NCBI GenBank assembly: GCA_040285745.1
Contig: JAUFOR010000003.1
Location: 248,001 to 312,000 of the forward strand
Source: Barthelona sp. PCE
Lineage: Eukaryota
Direction of reading: 5' to 3'
Length of the DNA stretch: 64,000 nt
The notes under the pieces were generated by a model, which did no database searches, was not told the origin of the DNA, and worked only from the letters and a program-made list of their open reading frames with translations. The position numbers and the translations under genes are program-made. Positions 10,185 to 24,000 of the stretch are shown here, piece after piece; the first letter of the stretch is position 1, and the number at the start of each line of letters is the position of its first letter.

Positions 10185-10985
10185 ATGAGTTATCGTGACC
10201 GTGGAAACCGTGACTACAACCGTGATCGTGGAAATCGCGACTTTAACCGCGATAGAGATCGTGGAGGACGTGATCGTGGAAACAGACGTAATTTCGATGA
10301 TAGAAAACGTACCTACTCATCCAGCGGTACCAAGGCAGCCTGTTTTGGTACTCTGGAAGCACCCTGTGGCAACCAACTTATTCTTAAGATCGGAAGCACC
10401 GAGCAGATTCCTAAGTTCCACAGCCGTGTCTATTTGACAGAGTCAGTTGATCGTAACAAGATTGTAGGAACTGTTGCTGAAGTATTCGGAAGAGTTGACA
10501 ACGTTTATGTTGCGATTGATCCCGAACAAGGTGTTTCAGTCAATCGTTTAAAGGAGAAGACCAAGCTCTTCTTCGATGACCGTGGTGTCCTCAACCGTGA
10601 CATCCTTATTAACCCTGAGAAGTATAAGAAGAAGCGTGTCGCCAAGAAGAAGGGTGGCCGTGATTTCAAGCGTGGTGGAAGCCGTGGTGGAAGCCGTGGT
10701 GGAGGCCGTGGCGGTGGCCGTGGTGGTGGCCGTGACTTCAACAGACGCGACAACGATCGTCCTCGTCGTAATTTTGACAGAGAAAACCGAGACAACGATC
10801 GCCCTCGTCGTAACTTTGACAGAGAAAACCGTGACAACGATCGTCCTCGTCGTAATTTTGACAGAGAAAACCGTGACAACGATCGCCCTCGTCGTTCATA
10901 TGACAGGGATAACAAACGTGGAGGTCGTGATGACCGTCGTTCTTATGGTAACAATGACCGCTCACGTTCATACAGCCGTCGTTAA
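10185..10985 (+). CDS. GAR1: H/ACA snoRNP protein Gar1
   Basis: Gar1 core: FGTLEAPCGNQLI..IPKFHSRVY..VGTVAEVFGRVDNVYVAI..GV. RGG tract; likely ATG at 10185. Confidence 0.85.
   Translation: MSYRDRGNRDYNRDRGNRDFNRDRDRGGRDRGNRRNFDDRKRTYSSSGTKAACFGTLEAPCGNQLILKIGSTEQIPKFHSRVYLTESVDRNKIVGTVAEVFGRVDNVYVAIDPEQGVSVNRLKEKTKLFFDDRGVLNRDILINPEKYKKKRVAKKKGGRDFKRGGSRGGSRGGGRGGGRGGGRDFNRRDNDRPRRNFDRENRDNDRPRRNFDRENRDNDRPRRNFDRENRDNDRPRRSYDRDNKRGGRDDRRSYGNNDRSRSYSRR
10746..10913 (+). repeat. 42-bp coding tandem repeat x4 (RDNDRPRRNFDREN)
   Basis: Units start at 10746, 10788, 10830 and 10872; the last is degenerate (RDNDRPRRSYDRDN). Confidence 0.95.
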
Positions 10986-11211
10986 CCAGTGTATACAGCC
11001 TTCGGTGCAGTTGATGACACACTAAATTCAGCACAATAAACCAACCAATGGATTTTTTTAGCAAAAAATTTTTATTTATCATTTTTCTAAATGCTCCATG
11101 CTTTGTTAGCAGTATTCAATACTTCCACACTACTGTTCAACTGTTAAGAGAACTAATGTGACAATTATGTTGTAAATTGAAAGATTCGTACCAGTTCTTT
11201 TTTCTAGTTAC

Positions 11212-11556
11212 TTAATCATCATCCTTTTTGTCCACCCTGGCGACCATCTCAACGTTGAGACCATGTAAATTGACTGCATGATGATCCATTGGATCGTAAA
11301 ATTCAGGATTTTCTGAAAATAAAAGATTATTTAACAGATCTTCTGTTCTGGAATGTAGTTGATCGATTTCGGCGGCTGAAAACTCAGTGGATGGTTCTAC
11401 AATGGCAGCTTGTTGAAGCACTCGATTTGTAAGCACCACATCAGTATCTAGGTCATCTGATATAGCGTTTGCGTATTGAATGAGAAAAGCATTGCTCATA
11501 TTCTCATGCAAAGCCCCAGAAATACGCTCTTCAGTCTTGTAAAACTGATATGTCAT
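11212..11556 (-). CDS. Small acidic hypothetical protein, possibly the 3' part of a disrupted gene
   Basis: 114 aa ORF from ATG to TAA; protein-like upstream frames are interrupted by stops. Confidence 0.5.
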   Translation of the reverse strand: MTYQFYKTEERISGALHENMSNAFLIQYANAISDDLDTDVVLTNRVLQQAAIVEPSTEFSAAEIDQLHSRTEDLLNNLLFSENPEFYDPMDHHAVNLHGLNVEMVARVDKKDDD

Positions 11557-12046
11557 TTTAACTAATTATTGTAATGATATTAATGTGGTGAGCTTGATAT
11601 TGTGCAAGAAATAAACCTGTCCCCTTTGTTGAAGAAAGTGAAATAAGCTTAAACAAAGCCCTGCGATTCCATCCGTACTGAAGTCTGATGATAGTTTAAA
11701 GATTCTTTTGTTGCACTTGTTTTTGCTCATCCTGGATATCACTTCCCATAAATTTCTTTGAAGGTACAAAAAGAGATTTTCTATATTGCTTTGCTCTATA
11801 TTTAGAATTGTATGTCTATATATGGTGTAAAATACTTCTAATTACACAAATCAACGCTTTAACATATTATAAATGTAGAAATAAAAGTTTTTCTCCTAGT
11901 TTGAAGTTTGAAGGGTTTAATATCTCGTCAATCCAAAAAAATGCATCTAACCTGTATTATTTGGAGCTTGCTGGAGCTAATAAATGTGTAACCGACGTTT
12001 TCGTGTTTTTAGCCTTTTTCAAGCTCTACAAAGCTATCTCATTATA

Positions 12047-15000
12047 ATGGCAGATCCTAGAGTCAAGTGGCTGTTGGAAACGGTGGCTGCAAGATTGGAC
12101 TGCGGCTCCAGCGATATTCTGTTGGAGTTTGCTTCTAGCAACAATATTATTCCCACCCTCCTCAGTTTCTTCACAACATCTGGCCCCATTCGTATCATTT
12201 TCCACTTCCTGGATCAGAACGAAGAGGAACGGCTTAGTTTTTCGAAACGATTTTCAATGCATTTAGATGACATACCTGCGTTACCTGGCAGATCATGCTA
12301 TGTGTTACGCATCACGGACAAGGACGTGCCACTTAACAACGTCACCCGTGATATTCTTGTTGGTTCTCTTACAACAGATTCTCTCTCAGATATGATTTCT
12401 CTCCTTCAGAACGTGTATATTCCTGCTCTCAGCAACAACGAGAACTGGGGAGCGATCCGTGACGAGCAGAAGAAGACCTTTTTGTCCAGCTTTGATCGTT
12501 TTGCTCTTGCACTGACTGAAAATTTCAACTGTGTTTCTGAAGGTGTAGATCTACCCCTTCCTCAAATGTACGACCTCCATACGACGTCTAACTTCAATGA
12601 AGCTGCTGCAAACCCCGAAATTGTTCGTGTTTTCGAGCAAAGCGTTGAGGAATGGACTCGTATTGTTCAGCGTATTCTTGCAGAATCAAACCAGGTTCGT
12701 TCAGAGTCCAGTGATACAGGACCTCAGGTCGAGCTCGAGTTCTGGAAGAAACGTATGGCTACTTTCAATTCTATTACTGAACAGCTTAAACGCGATACTT
12801 TTAAGACTATTCTTAACGTTTTACACGTTGCACGCTCACATATCCTTATCGAGTGGCGCAAGTACGAGGTTCTCGTTACTGATGCTGCCAACGAATCAAA
12901 GGATAATGTGCGTTTCTTGTATACAATTGACAAGCTCAGCGCCTGTCTTTTTGCAACATCACCTGTCGAGATTGGGTCTCAAATTGAGGGACTCATCAAC
13001 GCCATTGGTATGATGCACTCTGTCGCTCGTTTCTATAACACTTCAGAGCGACTCACTTCACTTTTTTTCAAAATTACCAATCAGATGATCTCTAGCTGTC
13101 GTAAGTACCTAGAAACTATTGGTTCCGTTTGGTCAAACGAGCGCAACGAGTTTATCGAACGTTGCAAGCAGTGTATTGCACTCAACCTGAAGTATCAAAA
13201 CTCCTATCATAAGGTTAAGCTTGAGCTTGCCTCAAAACCCCGTGGCCGTCATTTTGATCTCAGTGAAGCCTATATCTTTGGATCGTTTGATATGTTTAGC
13301 CATCGTCTTAACAAGATCATTGATCTTCTTACAACAATGAATGATTTTGCGTTTTTGAAGGAGATGCCCTTACCTGACATGCCCATTGGTAAATTCGAAC
13401 GTATCTGTCTTGATCTTCGCACCAAATCATATGATTTCCTTGATTACCGCAACAAGACATTTGATACTGATTACAAGACCTTTAATCAAAACATTTACAG
13501 TCTTGAGTTACTGATCCAGAACAAACTTTCAAATTTCTTCAATGAAGAGCGTGTCTCAAACAGGACTTTTGTTGTCTTTTTAGATTTACTCATTAAAGTT
13601 AAGAATCTTGTTACACGAAAGAATTTACAAACGTTTATTCAGTCCAAATTCCAACTTTTCATGGAGAAGTTTAATGCCTATATTGATTTCTTACGTAAGT
13701 ATTACAACGGTAACTTCAACAGCCCTCCTGTTGCGAGAAACCTTCCTCGTATTTCCGGTTCCATCATCTGGGTTCGTAACCTTTTGTTAAAGCTCGAAAT
13801 GTGCATTGAATTATTCCAGAAGGAAGCCCCTAAGTGCCTAAACGCACGTGAGAACAGGCACATTATCAGAAATTATAACCGTCTGTTACAGACGTTTATC
13901 GAGTTTGAGACAATTTATTATGATAATTGGCTTAACTCCATTAGTGAAGAGCGTAAGTTCCTTTTCAACACTATTCTTCAACAGCGCAACAATGTTGTCG
14001 TCATCAACTTTGACCCTACAGTCTTCAAGTTGCTCAAGGAAATTAGATGGCTGAAGAAATTAGGGTTTGATATTAGTGAAGACCTGTTGAATTTGAGTGT
14101 TCTTGAAGACGAATTGTTAGAACATCATTCATTATTGAAATACCTTGTAACATACTACAACAACATTACGGAAAAGATTGTTGATCAAGAGCTGAGTGAC
14201 TTATTTAGTGCTGTTTTAATTGAAATCAATCGTTTCCTAATTCCTTCACTCACAACCATTACCTGGAATTCAATTGGACTCAAGGAGTATCTTGAGCAAC
14301 TCCATGATCGCCTTTGTCAGTTAGACCACTTGGTTGATGAAGTTGTTGGATTCCTTTCATTCCGTATCAACTCTTCTCTCTCTGAGATTAAGAAGAGTAT
14401 CCTTGTTGAACTCGTCTCTGATGTTGTCTACAGCAAGGCAACACTCAACACATTCATTGTCGAGGTGAAGGATCAGTTAGATGAGAGTGTTAACTTTCTT
14501 TCTGATCACATTCAGTCAATCGAGAACGCTGTTCTGGATCTCATTAATATGCTTATTCCCACAGCAGAAAATGTCCCTGAGGTTGAGACTGATGATGTAG
14601 CTGAAGAATCCAAGAAGGAGAAGCCTAAGAATCGCTTAACTGTTAGTGATTTGAATGAGGAGAACCCTTCACACTCTGTCTTTATTGCATTCTACAATGA
14701 TTTCCGTGAGAAGTGTTATAAGCAAGTGCTTGATTCTTACACTGCATCTTTGCAGAATTTACACTCTGCCTTAACAGGTGACAAGACGATCTTTTCACTT
14801 GAACTCTCACTTTCTGAAGAGAATCTTGATCTGGCACCAACTGTCAGTGAGATTACCACATTGCTTCATACACTCGTTAAACTCGTCATTGAATCAACAA
14901 AGACCCTCCGTAAGTGGGATGTTGAGTACACTGAGTATGACGAGCTCAAGGAGCAGATTAGTAGCACTCATGAACGTATCATCTCTCTCCGTAAGTCCAA

Positions 15001-18000
15001 CAACATTCTATACAGAAAGGAGCTTACCAGATTGGAAAACGTACATGAAGAACTGCTCGATGAATTATATTCGTACAGTCTTTTCGGCTATGTTACATCC
15101 AACATCAACTTCCTCAAGCACGTTCTCAGTGTTCACTCAAGCATTGTCTCCATTGACGATGAGATTGATGGTTATTATAGGAATCTTGATAAGTACGCTC
15201 ACTTTTATGAAAAGGAGCTATTATGTGATGTTAAGGAGATTAGTTTGATCCAGAGTGAAGAGCCTGAGGGAGAGACTACTGTTGAGGTTTTCGAAACGCT
15301 CTACTCTTTCAAGAATGAAAAGGAGCTCATACGTATCACTGATGTTCTTGAGAGCTACTTTGAGCTTGATCGGGATATTACTGATATGAAAATTGATACA
15401 TCTGTTCGTTTCATGAGCATTGCACTTGGTACATATCAAGCCCAGCTCAAAAACTTGTTACTCTGCCGCCGTGTTGCATTGCTCAATAAGTTGTACGAGT
15501 TTGCTATTCACGAGTCAACATTCGTTAAGAACCAGTTGCAAAGTTACTGCAGTGGTATGAACGAGTTCCTTAAAGGATATGAGGGTAAGGAAATCAATGA
15601 AGAGACAATCAACCTTGAGGCACTGAAGGATATCATTATTCTGCAGTCAACTCTGAATCTTTTCAATGCAAACTACGAGTACATCTCAATTCCTCTTGAA
15701 GCTCAATTTGAGTTATTGGTAAACTATTGTAACAACGTAGAGTCACCTGAGGTACTCTATCTCAGCGAAGTCAGCGTCTTCAGCGCCGTCAAGAATGATC
15801 AGTCTGTTATTAGCCCTGTTGAATTCACATCTGGTGATATGATGGAGGAGTTAACCAACGTCAGCACTCTATACAGCACACAGAAGAGTTTATTAACAAA
15901 CATTAACCACTTCCTGTTTGAAAACCAGAAGACTATGAAACGTACACTGGTGAAGAACGTTGGTGTACTCCAAAAGGATGTTCGGGATTACTACAAGTCT
16001 TACGATGAAACTGGGCCAATGCGCTCTGACCTCACACCAGAGGAAGCCATTGAGCGTCTTGCTTTATTCAAGACATTATACAAGGATAAGGAACGTCGTT
16101 GGAAGGTGTTCAACATTGGTGAAGAGATTTTCAACCTTGATAAGAGTGATTTCCCGCGTCTGAACGATATCAAGCGTCAGCTCAATCTTTTGGATTCATT
16201 ATATGGTCTGTACACCCAGGTTAACCATGGAGTCATGGAGTACTATGAGGTGCTATGGGTCGATAAGGATCTTGAACAGATGATGAACGAGGTTTCCGAT
16301 TATCAAGGGAAGTTGCGTAAGCTGCCCTCTACCATGCGTACTTGGGACGCCTACATTTCTCTTAAGGAACGCCTCGATGCTCTCTTTGATGAAATTCCTT
16401 TGTTACAGATGATTGGCAATCCCTCTATGCGTGCACGTCACTGGGAAGCCATCAACAATCTATTTAGCCTTGTAGACTCAGATGTGATTGATCCTGAGTC
16501 TAATGATTTCAAGCTCCGTGATCTCCTAAGTCATGGTCTCATCACCAAGGCTGAAGAAATTGAAGAAATTTGTAACGGTTCAGTCAAAGAAGCTGATATC
16601 GAAACGAAGCTTGCTGCCCTTGATTCACAGTGGAGAAATCAGATGTTTGTCTTCCAAGACTACAAGAGCAGAGGTCCCCTGATGCTTAAGCCTTCTGAGA
16701 CTTCTGAATTGGTTGCCTTGCTTGAAGATTCTCAACTCATTCTTTCTGGTTTGATTTCTTCTCGTTATAACGCTCCTTTTAAGGAAGACATTGTTAGCTG
16801 GATCCAGAAGTTGTCAATCTGTTCAGAGAGAATCGATGCTTGGCTCTCTGTACAGTTCCTCTGGGCTTACCTTGAGGCTGTCTTTTCTAGTGGTGATATC
16901 TCCGCCCAGCTTCCGCAAGAGGCTAAGCGTTTTGCTAACATCGATCGCTCATGGGTTAAGATCATGAACATTGCTACTCAGGAGCCCAATGTCATTTCGT
17001 TACTCACATCCAACGATACACTTGCTAACTTGCTTCCTCATCTTACTGAACAACTCGAGTTATGTCAGAAGTCACTGAACTACTATCTTGAGAAGAAGAG
17101 AACCCTGTTCCCTCGTTTCTACTTTATCTCAGATGCGCAACTGCTCGAGATTCTTGGTCAAGCCTCTGATCCCAATAACGTTCAAGCCCATCTTTTGAGT
17201 ATCTTTGATAACGTTAACGAAGTCAAGTTCTCACGTAAGCGTAAGAACGAGATTATCGGTATGATTTCAAAGGGTGGTGAAAAAGTTCCTCTCGTTAAGA
17301 AGGTTGTTTGTTCTGGACCCATTGAAGGTTGGCTCAACCAGCTTGTTAACGCAATGCAACTTACTGTTAAGGCCATTGCACGTATGTGTTCATATGAGCT
17401 TCAGGATGTCCTCAAGGGCGAAGCTCAGTTTAACCTCCGTGAGTTCGTAGCTCGTTATCCCGGTCAAATTGGACTTGTTGGTGTACAGATGCTCTGGACC
17501 GCCACTGTTGAGGAGTCACTTCGTAACAGTCGTGTCGATAAGAACGCTGTTCAGGCTGCCGTCAAGCATTCTAACACAATTTTACGTGAAATGATTGAAA
17601 TGACAACCGAAGAGTATGAATTCAAGCGTGATCGTCGTAAGATTGAGACACTCGTTACTATTCAGGTACATCAGCGTGATATTGTTGATCATCTCTACAA
17701 GACACGTATCCGCTCTCCATTTGACTTTGAGTGGCTTAAGCAGACGCGTTTCTATTGGCGTTATGACAAGGACTGTGCATTGGTGTCTATCACCGACGTT
17801 GATTTCACATATAACAATGAATATCTTGGATGTGCTGATCGTCTGGTTATTACACCTCTCACAGATCGTTGTTATATCACACTCGCACAAGCCTTGGCTT
17901 TACGTTATGGTGGAGCCCCTGCTGGTCCTGCCGGAACAGGTAAGACTGAGACTGTTAAGGATATGGCAAAGGGCTGTCTTGGTAACTTCTGTTTGGTCGT

Positions 18001-21000
18001 CAACGCTTCTGATCAGATGTCTGTCGCTGGTCTTGGTAAGATCTTCAAGGGTATCTCTCAGTCAGGTGTCTGGGGTGATTTCGATGAATTTAACAGAATT
18101 CTTCTGCCAGTACTTTCCGTCGTTGCCCAACAGATTTCTTGTATTCTGAACGCTCTCAAGACAATGCAGGACAAGTATATCTTTACTGATGGTACTGAAG
18201 TCGGCCTTGTTCCTACTTGTGGTATCTTTATTACCATGAATCCTGGTTATGCCGGTCGTCAAGAGCTTCCTGAGAATCTCAAGGTTCTCTTCCGTTCAGT
18301 TGCTATGATGGTTCCCGATGCTGGTATCATTATGCGTGTTAAGTTCGCCGCTTCAGGTTTCCAAGAGAATGTGATCCTCTCACAGAAGTTTGATCTTCTA
18401 TACTCTCTGTGTAAGCAGCAGCTTTCCGCTCAACGTCATTATGATTTCGGTCTTCGTAACATTCTTTCAGTACTGCGTACATGCGGTGTATTCCGTCGTC
18501 GTGATAAGGATGCATCTGAGACTGATATCTTCTTACGTGTCGTCCGTGACATGAACTTGTCGAAGCTCGTCGGTGAGGATGTTCAGCTTTTCTTGGCTCT
18601 CCTTGACGATCTGTTCCCAGGTTGTGAGATTAAAACACAACATTATACAGAATTGGAGGCTGCTATTGCCAAGCACATTTCTGAAGCTGGATTGACGCAA
18701 CATGCCCAATGGATCTCTAAGATTGTTCAGCTTTACGAGTCCCAGAACGTCCGTCACGGTAACTTTATCCTTGGTAAGGCTGGTACCGGTAAAACTAGAC
18801 TTCTTGAAATTCTTGAGAAGTCTCTTACTACTTGCGGTACTCCCACTAAGGAAATTCGTCTCAACCCCAAGGCCTTTACCGATTCCCAGATGTTTGGTAT
18901 CATGAATGCCAAGACCGGTGATTGGAAGGATGGTGTCTTCTCTGTCATTTGGAAGAAGACTGCTAAGCGCGCTGCTGGTGAGGACACATGGCTTGTACTT
19001 GATGGTCCTGTCGATACTATTTGGATCGAATCACTTAACACTGTGCTTGATGACAACCGTACACTCACATTGGCCAACGGTGATCGTATTCCAATGTCTG
19101 GTTCTATGCGTATCATGTTTGAGGTTCACTCACTTGCTAACGCTTCTCCTGCTACAGTTTCACGTTGTGGTATGGTTTACGTGGCTCACACAGATCTTGG
19201 ATGGTTGCCCGTTCATGAAGCGTGGGTCGAGAAGTGTCATAACAACCCAGCATTCACAGGTGAGATCATCTCTGAAATCTCTCGTCTTGTTGACCAGACT
19301 GTTCAACCAGCACTTGATTATATCTTCAAGGAACTCGATCCAGTCATGGATATGTTCGACGTGAGTCTGTTACAGCAGTGTCACAATTTGCTGGATGCCA
19401 TGATTCCTCAATTCAAGAAGAGTATCAAGCGTGGCCTCGATCACGTGATTATTCAACGTATCTTTTCTTTGGCACTCATTTGGTCATTGGGTTGTGCGCT
19501 TGAGAGCGAAGATCGTCGTAAGTTGCATGCCTTCCTCAAGTCAATGTCGGTTGAACTCCCTGTTCTCAAGAAGCCCGGTGAAGAGTCAGTGTACGATTAC
19601 TGGCTGAATAGCACTTCAGGTGAATGGGTACATTGGAGTGGTAAGGTGCCCGAGTACCGTTTCCCCACCGATCACACCCCAGGTTTCGAGTCCATTCTCG
19701 TTCCTACTGTTGATAACATTCGTACAGAGACCCTCATTAGTCTCATGCATTCTTTGGGCAAGTACTCCTTGCTTTTGGGTGAACCCGGTACTGCAAAGAC
19801 TGTCACTATTCAGAACTATGTTCGTAATCTCATGAATGAGAAGGAGAACCTTGATTTCAAGTCCATTGGTCTTTCTTTCTTTACTACACCTGAGTTGATG
19901 CAGCGTACTATTGAATCACTTGTTGAAAAACGTCTCGGTACCACTTATGGTCCCAAGGCAAACAAGAAGATGTGCCTCTTCCTTGATGACATTAACTTAC
20001 CCGAGATTAATTCGTGGGGTGATACTCCCACTAACGAATTGGTTCGTCAGCTCCTGGAATATGATGGTTTCTACTGTCTGGACCGTCCTGGTGACTGGAA
20101 GAGTTTCGTTGATCTGCACTTCTTTGCTGCTATGCAGACGCCCGGTGGTGGTCGTAATGATATCCCTGAACGTTTGAAGCGTCACTTCTCTATGTTCAAC
20201 TGTACTCTTCCAACAAGATCCAGTGTTATTCACGTTTTTAGCAGTATTCTCTGCGGTTACTTTACAAGTGAGGGTATTCGTGCCTTTTCTAACGAGGTAC
20301 AGCAGGCTGCTACCAAGGTCATTACTTTGACTTATGAGCTCTGGTCTGCTGTCAAGGGCAAGATGCTTCCTACCCCTGATAAGTTCCACTATATGTTCAA
20401 TCTTCGTGATCTTAGTCGTATCGTCCAAGGTATGCTGCGCGGTACTAATGAATCAGTTAAGAATCCCACAGATCTCTTCCTCATTTGGAAGCACGAAGCT
20501 GAGCGTGTTCTTCCCGATCGTTTCACTAATTACTCTGATATTGAGTGGTATAATGAGCGTCTTAACGGGCTTGTCGAGAACGAGCTCAGTGATCAGTACC
20601 CTGAAACAGTGGAGCCTCTGTGCAAACCTGTTTTCTTTGGTGACTTCTTAGAGGATGCCCCAGAACCAACTGGTGATGAGGAGAAGGATAAGGAGCTCGA
20701 GAACTGGAAGCCCAAGTATTTGCACACTGATGAAGATCAATTCGTACGTAAGCGTCTTGAAGGAATTCTTCATTCCCATAATGAACTGAACCGTCGCCGT
20801 AAGCTTGACCTTGTTCTGTTCTACGATGCTGTTTGTCATCTCATTCGCATTATCCGTATTATCCGTACACCAGGTGGTCATGCATTGCTTGTCGGTGTTG
20901 GTGGTTCAGGTAAGCAGTCGCTCACCCGTCTTGCTTCATTCGCATGCGGTTATCAGTACCGTCAGATTGCAGTCACCAAGACATACACCATCTCCAATCT

Positions 21001-24000
21001 ATTAGAGGATATGCAGATCAACTTTAAGATTGCTGGTGTCGAAAACAAGGGTGTGACTCTCGTATTTACTGATAAGGAAATCAAGGAAGAGTTCTTCCTT
21101 GAATACATTAACAATATCCTTACAAGTGGTGAGATCCCTGGTCTCTTCCCTAAGGATGAAGTTGATGTCATTATCGGTGATATCACTAATGATTATAAGA
21201 GAGAGAACCCTCGTGCTCCACTTGGTAACGACGATATCTGGAAATTCTTCTTACAACGTGTACGCAAAAACTTCCATATTGTCCTCTGTTTCTCACCTGT
21301 TGGTGATAAGTTCAGAAACCGTGCACGTAAATTCCCTGGTCTTATTAGTGGTTGTACTATCGATTGGTTCCATGCTTGGCCTAAGGAAGCCCTCATTGAG
21401 GTTGCTTCTCGTTTCATCTCTGACTTTGAGATTGTAGTTGATGATGAAGATGTACGTGGTCGTCTTGTTGAACACATTGCTTGGGTTCATGATGATATGA
21501 TTAAGGTCTGTGACGATTATTTCCAGCGTTTCAGAAAGCCTACGTATGTCACACCCAAGTCATATTTGTCATTCATTAAATCATTCATGGGTGTGTACTC
21601 TGAGAAGCACGAGGAAATCCGTACACTTGCTGACCGTCTTAACAGTGGTCTCAAGAAGCTTAAGGATGCCTCTGCCCAGATTGCCGTTATGAAGGACGAG
21701 TTGGATGTTAAGAAGGAGAAGCTCAAAGAAGCTCAGAAGGAGTCCGAGAAGATTCTTGTTACTGTTACTGCTCAGCAACAGGCTGCACAGTCTGTCACCG
21801 AAGAGGTTCAGCAGTACCGTAACACTGTCGCCGCTGAGGCCGCTGTTGTTAACGATCAGAAGGAATCTGCTGAGCGTGATTTGCTTGCAGCTAAGCCCGC
21901 TCTTGATGCAGCAGAAGCAGCTCTTGATTCAATTACTTCTGGTGATATCTCTACACTTCGTCGTCTGCTCTCTCCTCCTAACCTTATTAAGCGTCTTATG
22001 GATGGTGTTTTGATTCTCTGCTCAAAGCCCCTGGTCAAGTGGTCGATCGACAAGACCATGCTCGAGAAGGGTCAGACACTACCCAACGCGTCTTGGGAAG
22101 CCTCACTTAGCATGATGGCTCAAGGTTCCTTCCTGAACACTCTCAAGACTTATAGCAAGGAATCAATTACAGATGAGATGTGTGAGCTCCTTGAGCCCTA
22201 CCTTGCTATGCCTGATTTCACCGTTGAAGCTGCACGTTCATCCTCTGGTAATGTTGCTGGTCTTTGTGAATGGATTCGTTCCATGACAATTTACCATCAG
22301 ATCGCAAAGGAGGTTGCACCCAAGATCAAGACTCTGCGTATCGCTGAGATTAAGATGAAGGAGGCAAACGCCAAGCTTCAGGAAGCTGAAAACCAGCTTG
22401 AGACGCAGCGTGTTGAACTCGCAAAGGTGCAGGCCGTGTATGACAATGCCGTCTCACACAAGAAGGCCTTGGAGGAAGATGCTATGATCACTGAGAGGCG
22501 TATGAATGCTGCTAACCAGCTTATTTCTGGTCTCTCAGGCGAGCGTAAGCGTTGGTCCCGCGAGTCCGCTGAATTCGAGGAAACGATCCGCCGCCTCATT
22601 GGTGACGTCTCTCTTGCAACTGCATTCCTCTCATACTCTGGTCCGTTCAACGCTCACTACCGTCAGTTGCTGATGAACGACCATTGGAAGACATCCCTCA
22701 TTGAGCGTGAAGTGCCCTTCTCAAAGGATTTCAACCTCATTAACTTCCTTACTTCTGATGCTCAAGTTGGTGAATGGAATCTTCAGGGTCTGCCTACTGA
22801 TGATTTGTCGACGCAGAATGGTATCATCTCAACAACTGCGGACCGTTATCCTCTGTTGATTGATCCCCAGTCTCAGGCTGTAACATGGATCAAGAACAAG
22901 GAGCGTGAGAACAACCTTGTTGTGACCAAGTTCACCGATAAGCTTTTCAAGCGTCGTGTTGAGGAGGCTCTCGAGTACGGTTACCCATGTCTTGTTGAAG
23001 ACGTTCGTGAGTATATAGATCCCATGATTGATCCTGTACTCGACAAACAGTTTGTTAAACTTGGTGCCAACCTCAAGGTACGCTTTGGTGATAAGGAATG
23101 TGATGTCCTCAAGGGTTTCACATTATATCTCACAACTAACCTTGCCAATCCCCATTATTCTCCTGAAGTGTTTGCCAAGGCATGTATCATCAACTTCACT
23201 GTTACCCTCAAGGGTCTTGAAGATCAGCTGCTTGGTAACGTTATCCTTCATGAGAAGAAGGAACTCGAAGAGTCTCGTCAGAAACTTCTCGAGGAGGTTA
23301 ACCACAACAAGAAGACCATTATGGATCTCGAGAATAATCTAATTGAGCGTCTAGCCAATGCTTCAGATAACCTACTTGATGATATCTCATTGATTGACGT
23401 ACTTAACAAGACCAAATCGACATCGAAGGCTGTCCTTCAGCAATTGGAGACAGCAAAGGTTACCGAGGAGAAGATCAACCAGGCTCGTGAAGAGTTCCGT
23501 GTTATTGCAACCCGTGGTTCCATCCTTTATTTCCTCATTGTTGAAATGGCTGAAGTTTCCAACATGTATCAAACATCACTTAAACAGTTCCTTGAACGTT
23601 TCTTCATCTCTTTGAGAGATTCACCTCAATCAAAGACACAGAGCAACCGTATCCAGAATATTGTTGACTATCTCACTGATCACGTTCATGAGTTCATTAG
23701 TCAAGGTCTGTTTGGTGATCACAAGCAACTCTTTGTTATGCAGTTGGTGCTCAAGATCCAGCTGAACTCTGGCAAGATTTCTTTCAATGATTTCCAGACC
23801 TTCCTCAAGGCTGGTGCAACTGTTGACAGAAAGTCTGCCATCAAGAAGACTATTGAATGGATTCCTGATTCAATCTGGCTCAACATCCTTGCACTGAGAA
23901 ACATCTCTCTCTTCAGCAATTTACATGAGCAGATCTCAACTTCACCCCAATTATGGCGTCAATGGTATAACGTTGAGGATCCTGAAGTGCAGCCTATTCC

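Noticed and set aside
10746-10913. Regular repeat resembling a CRISPR array
   Set aside because: No unique spacers; it is an in-frame coding repeat of GAR1 and there are no cas genes.
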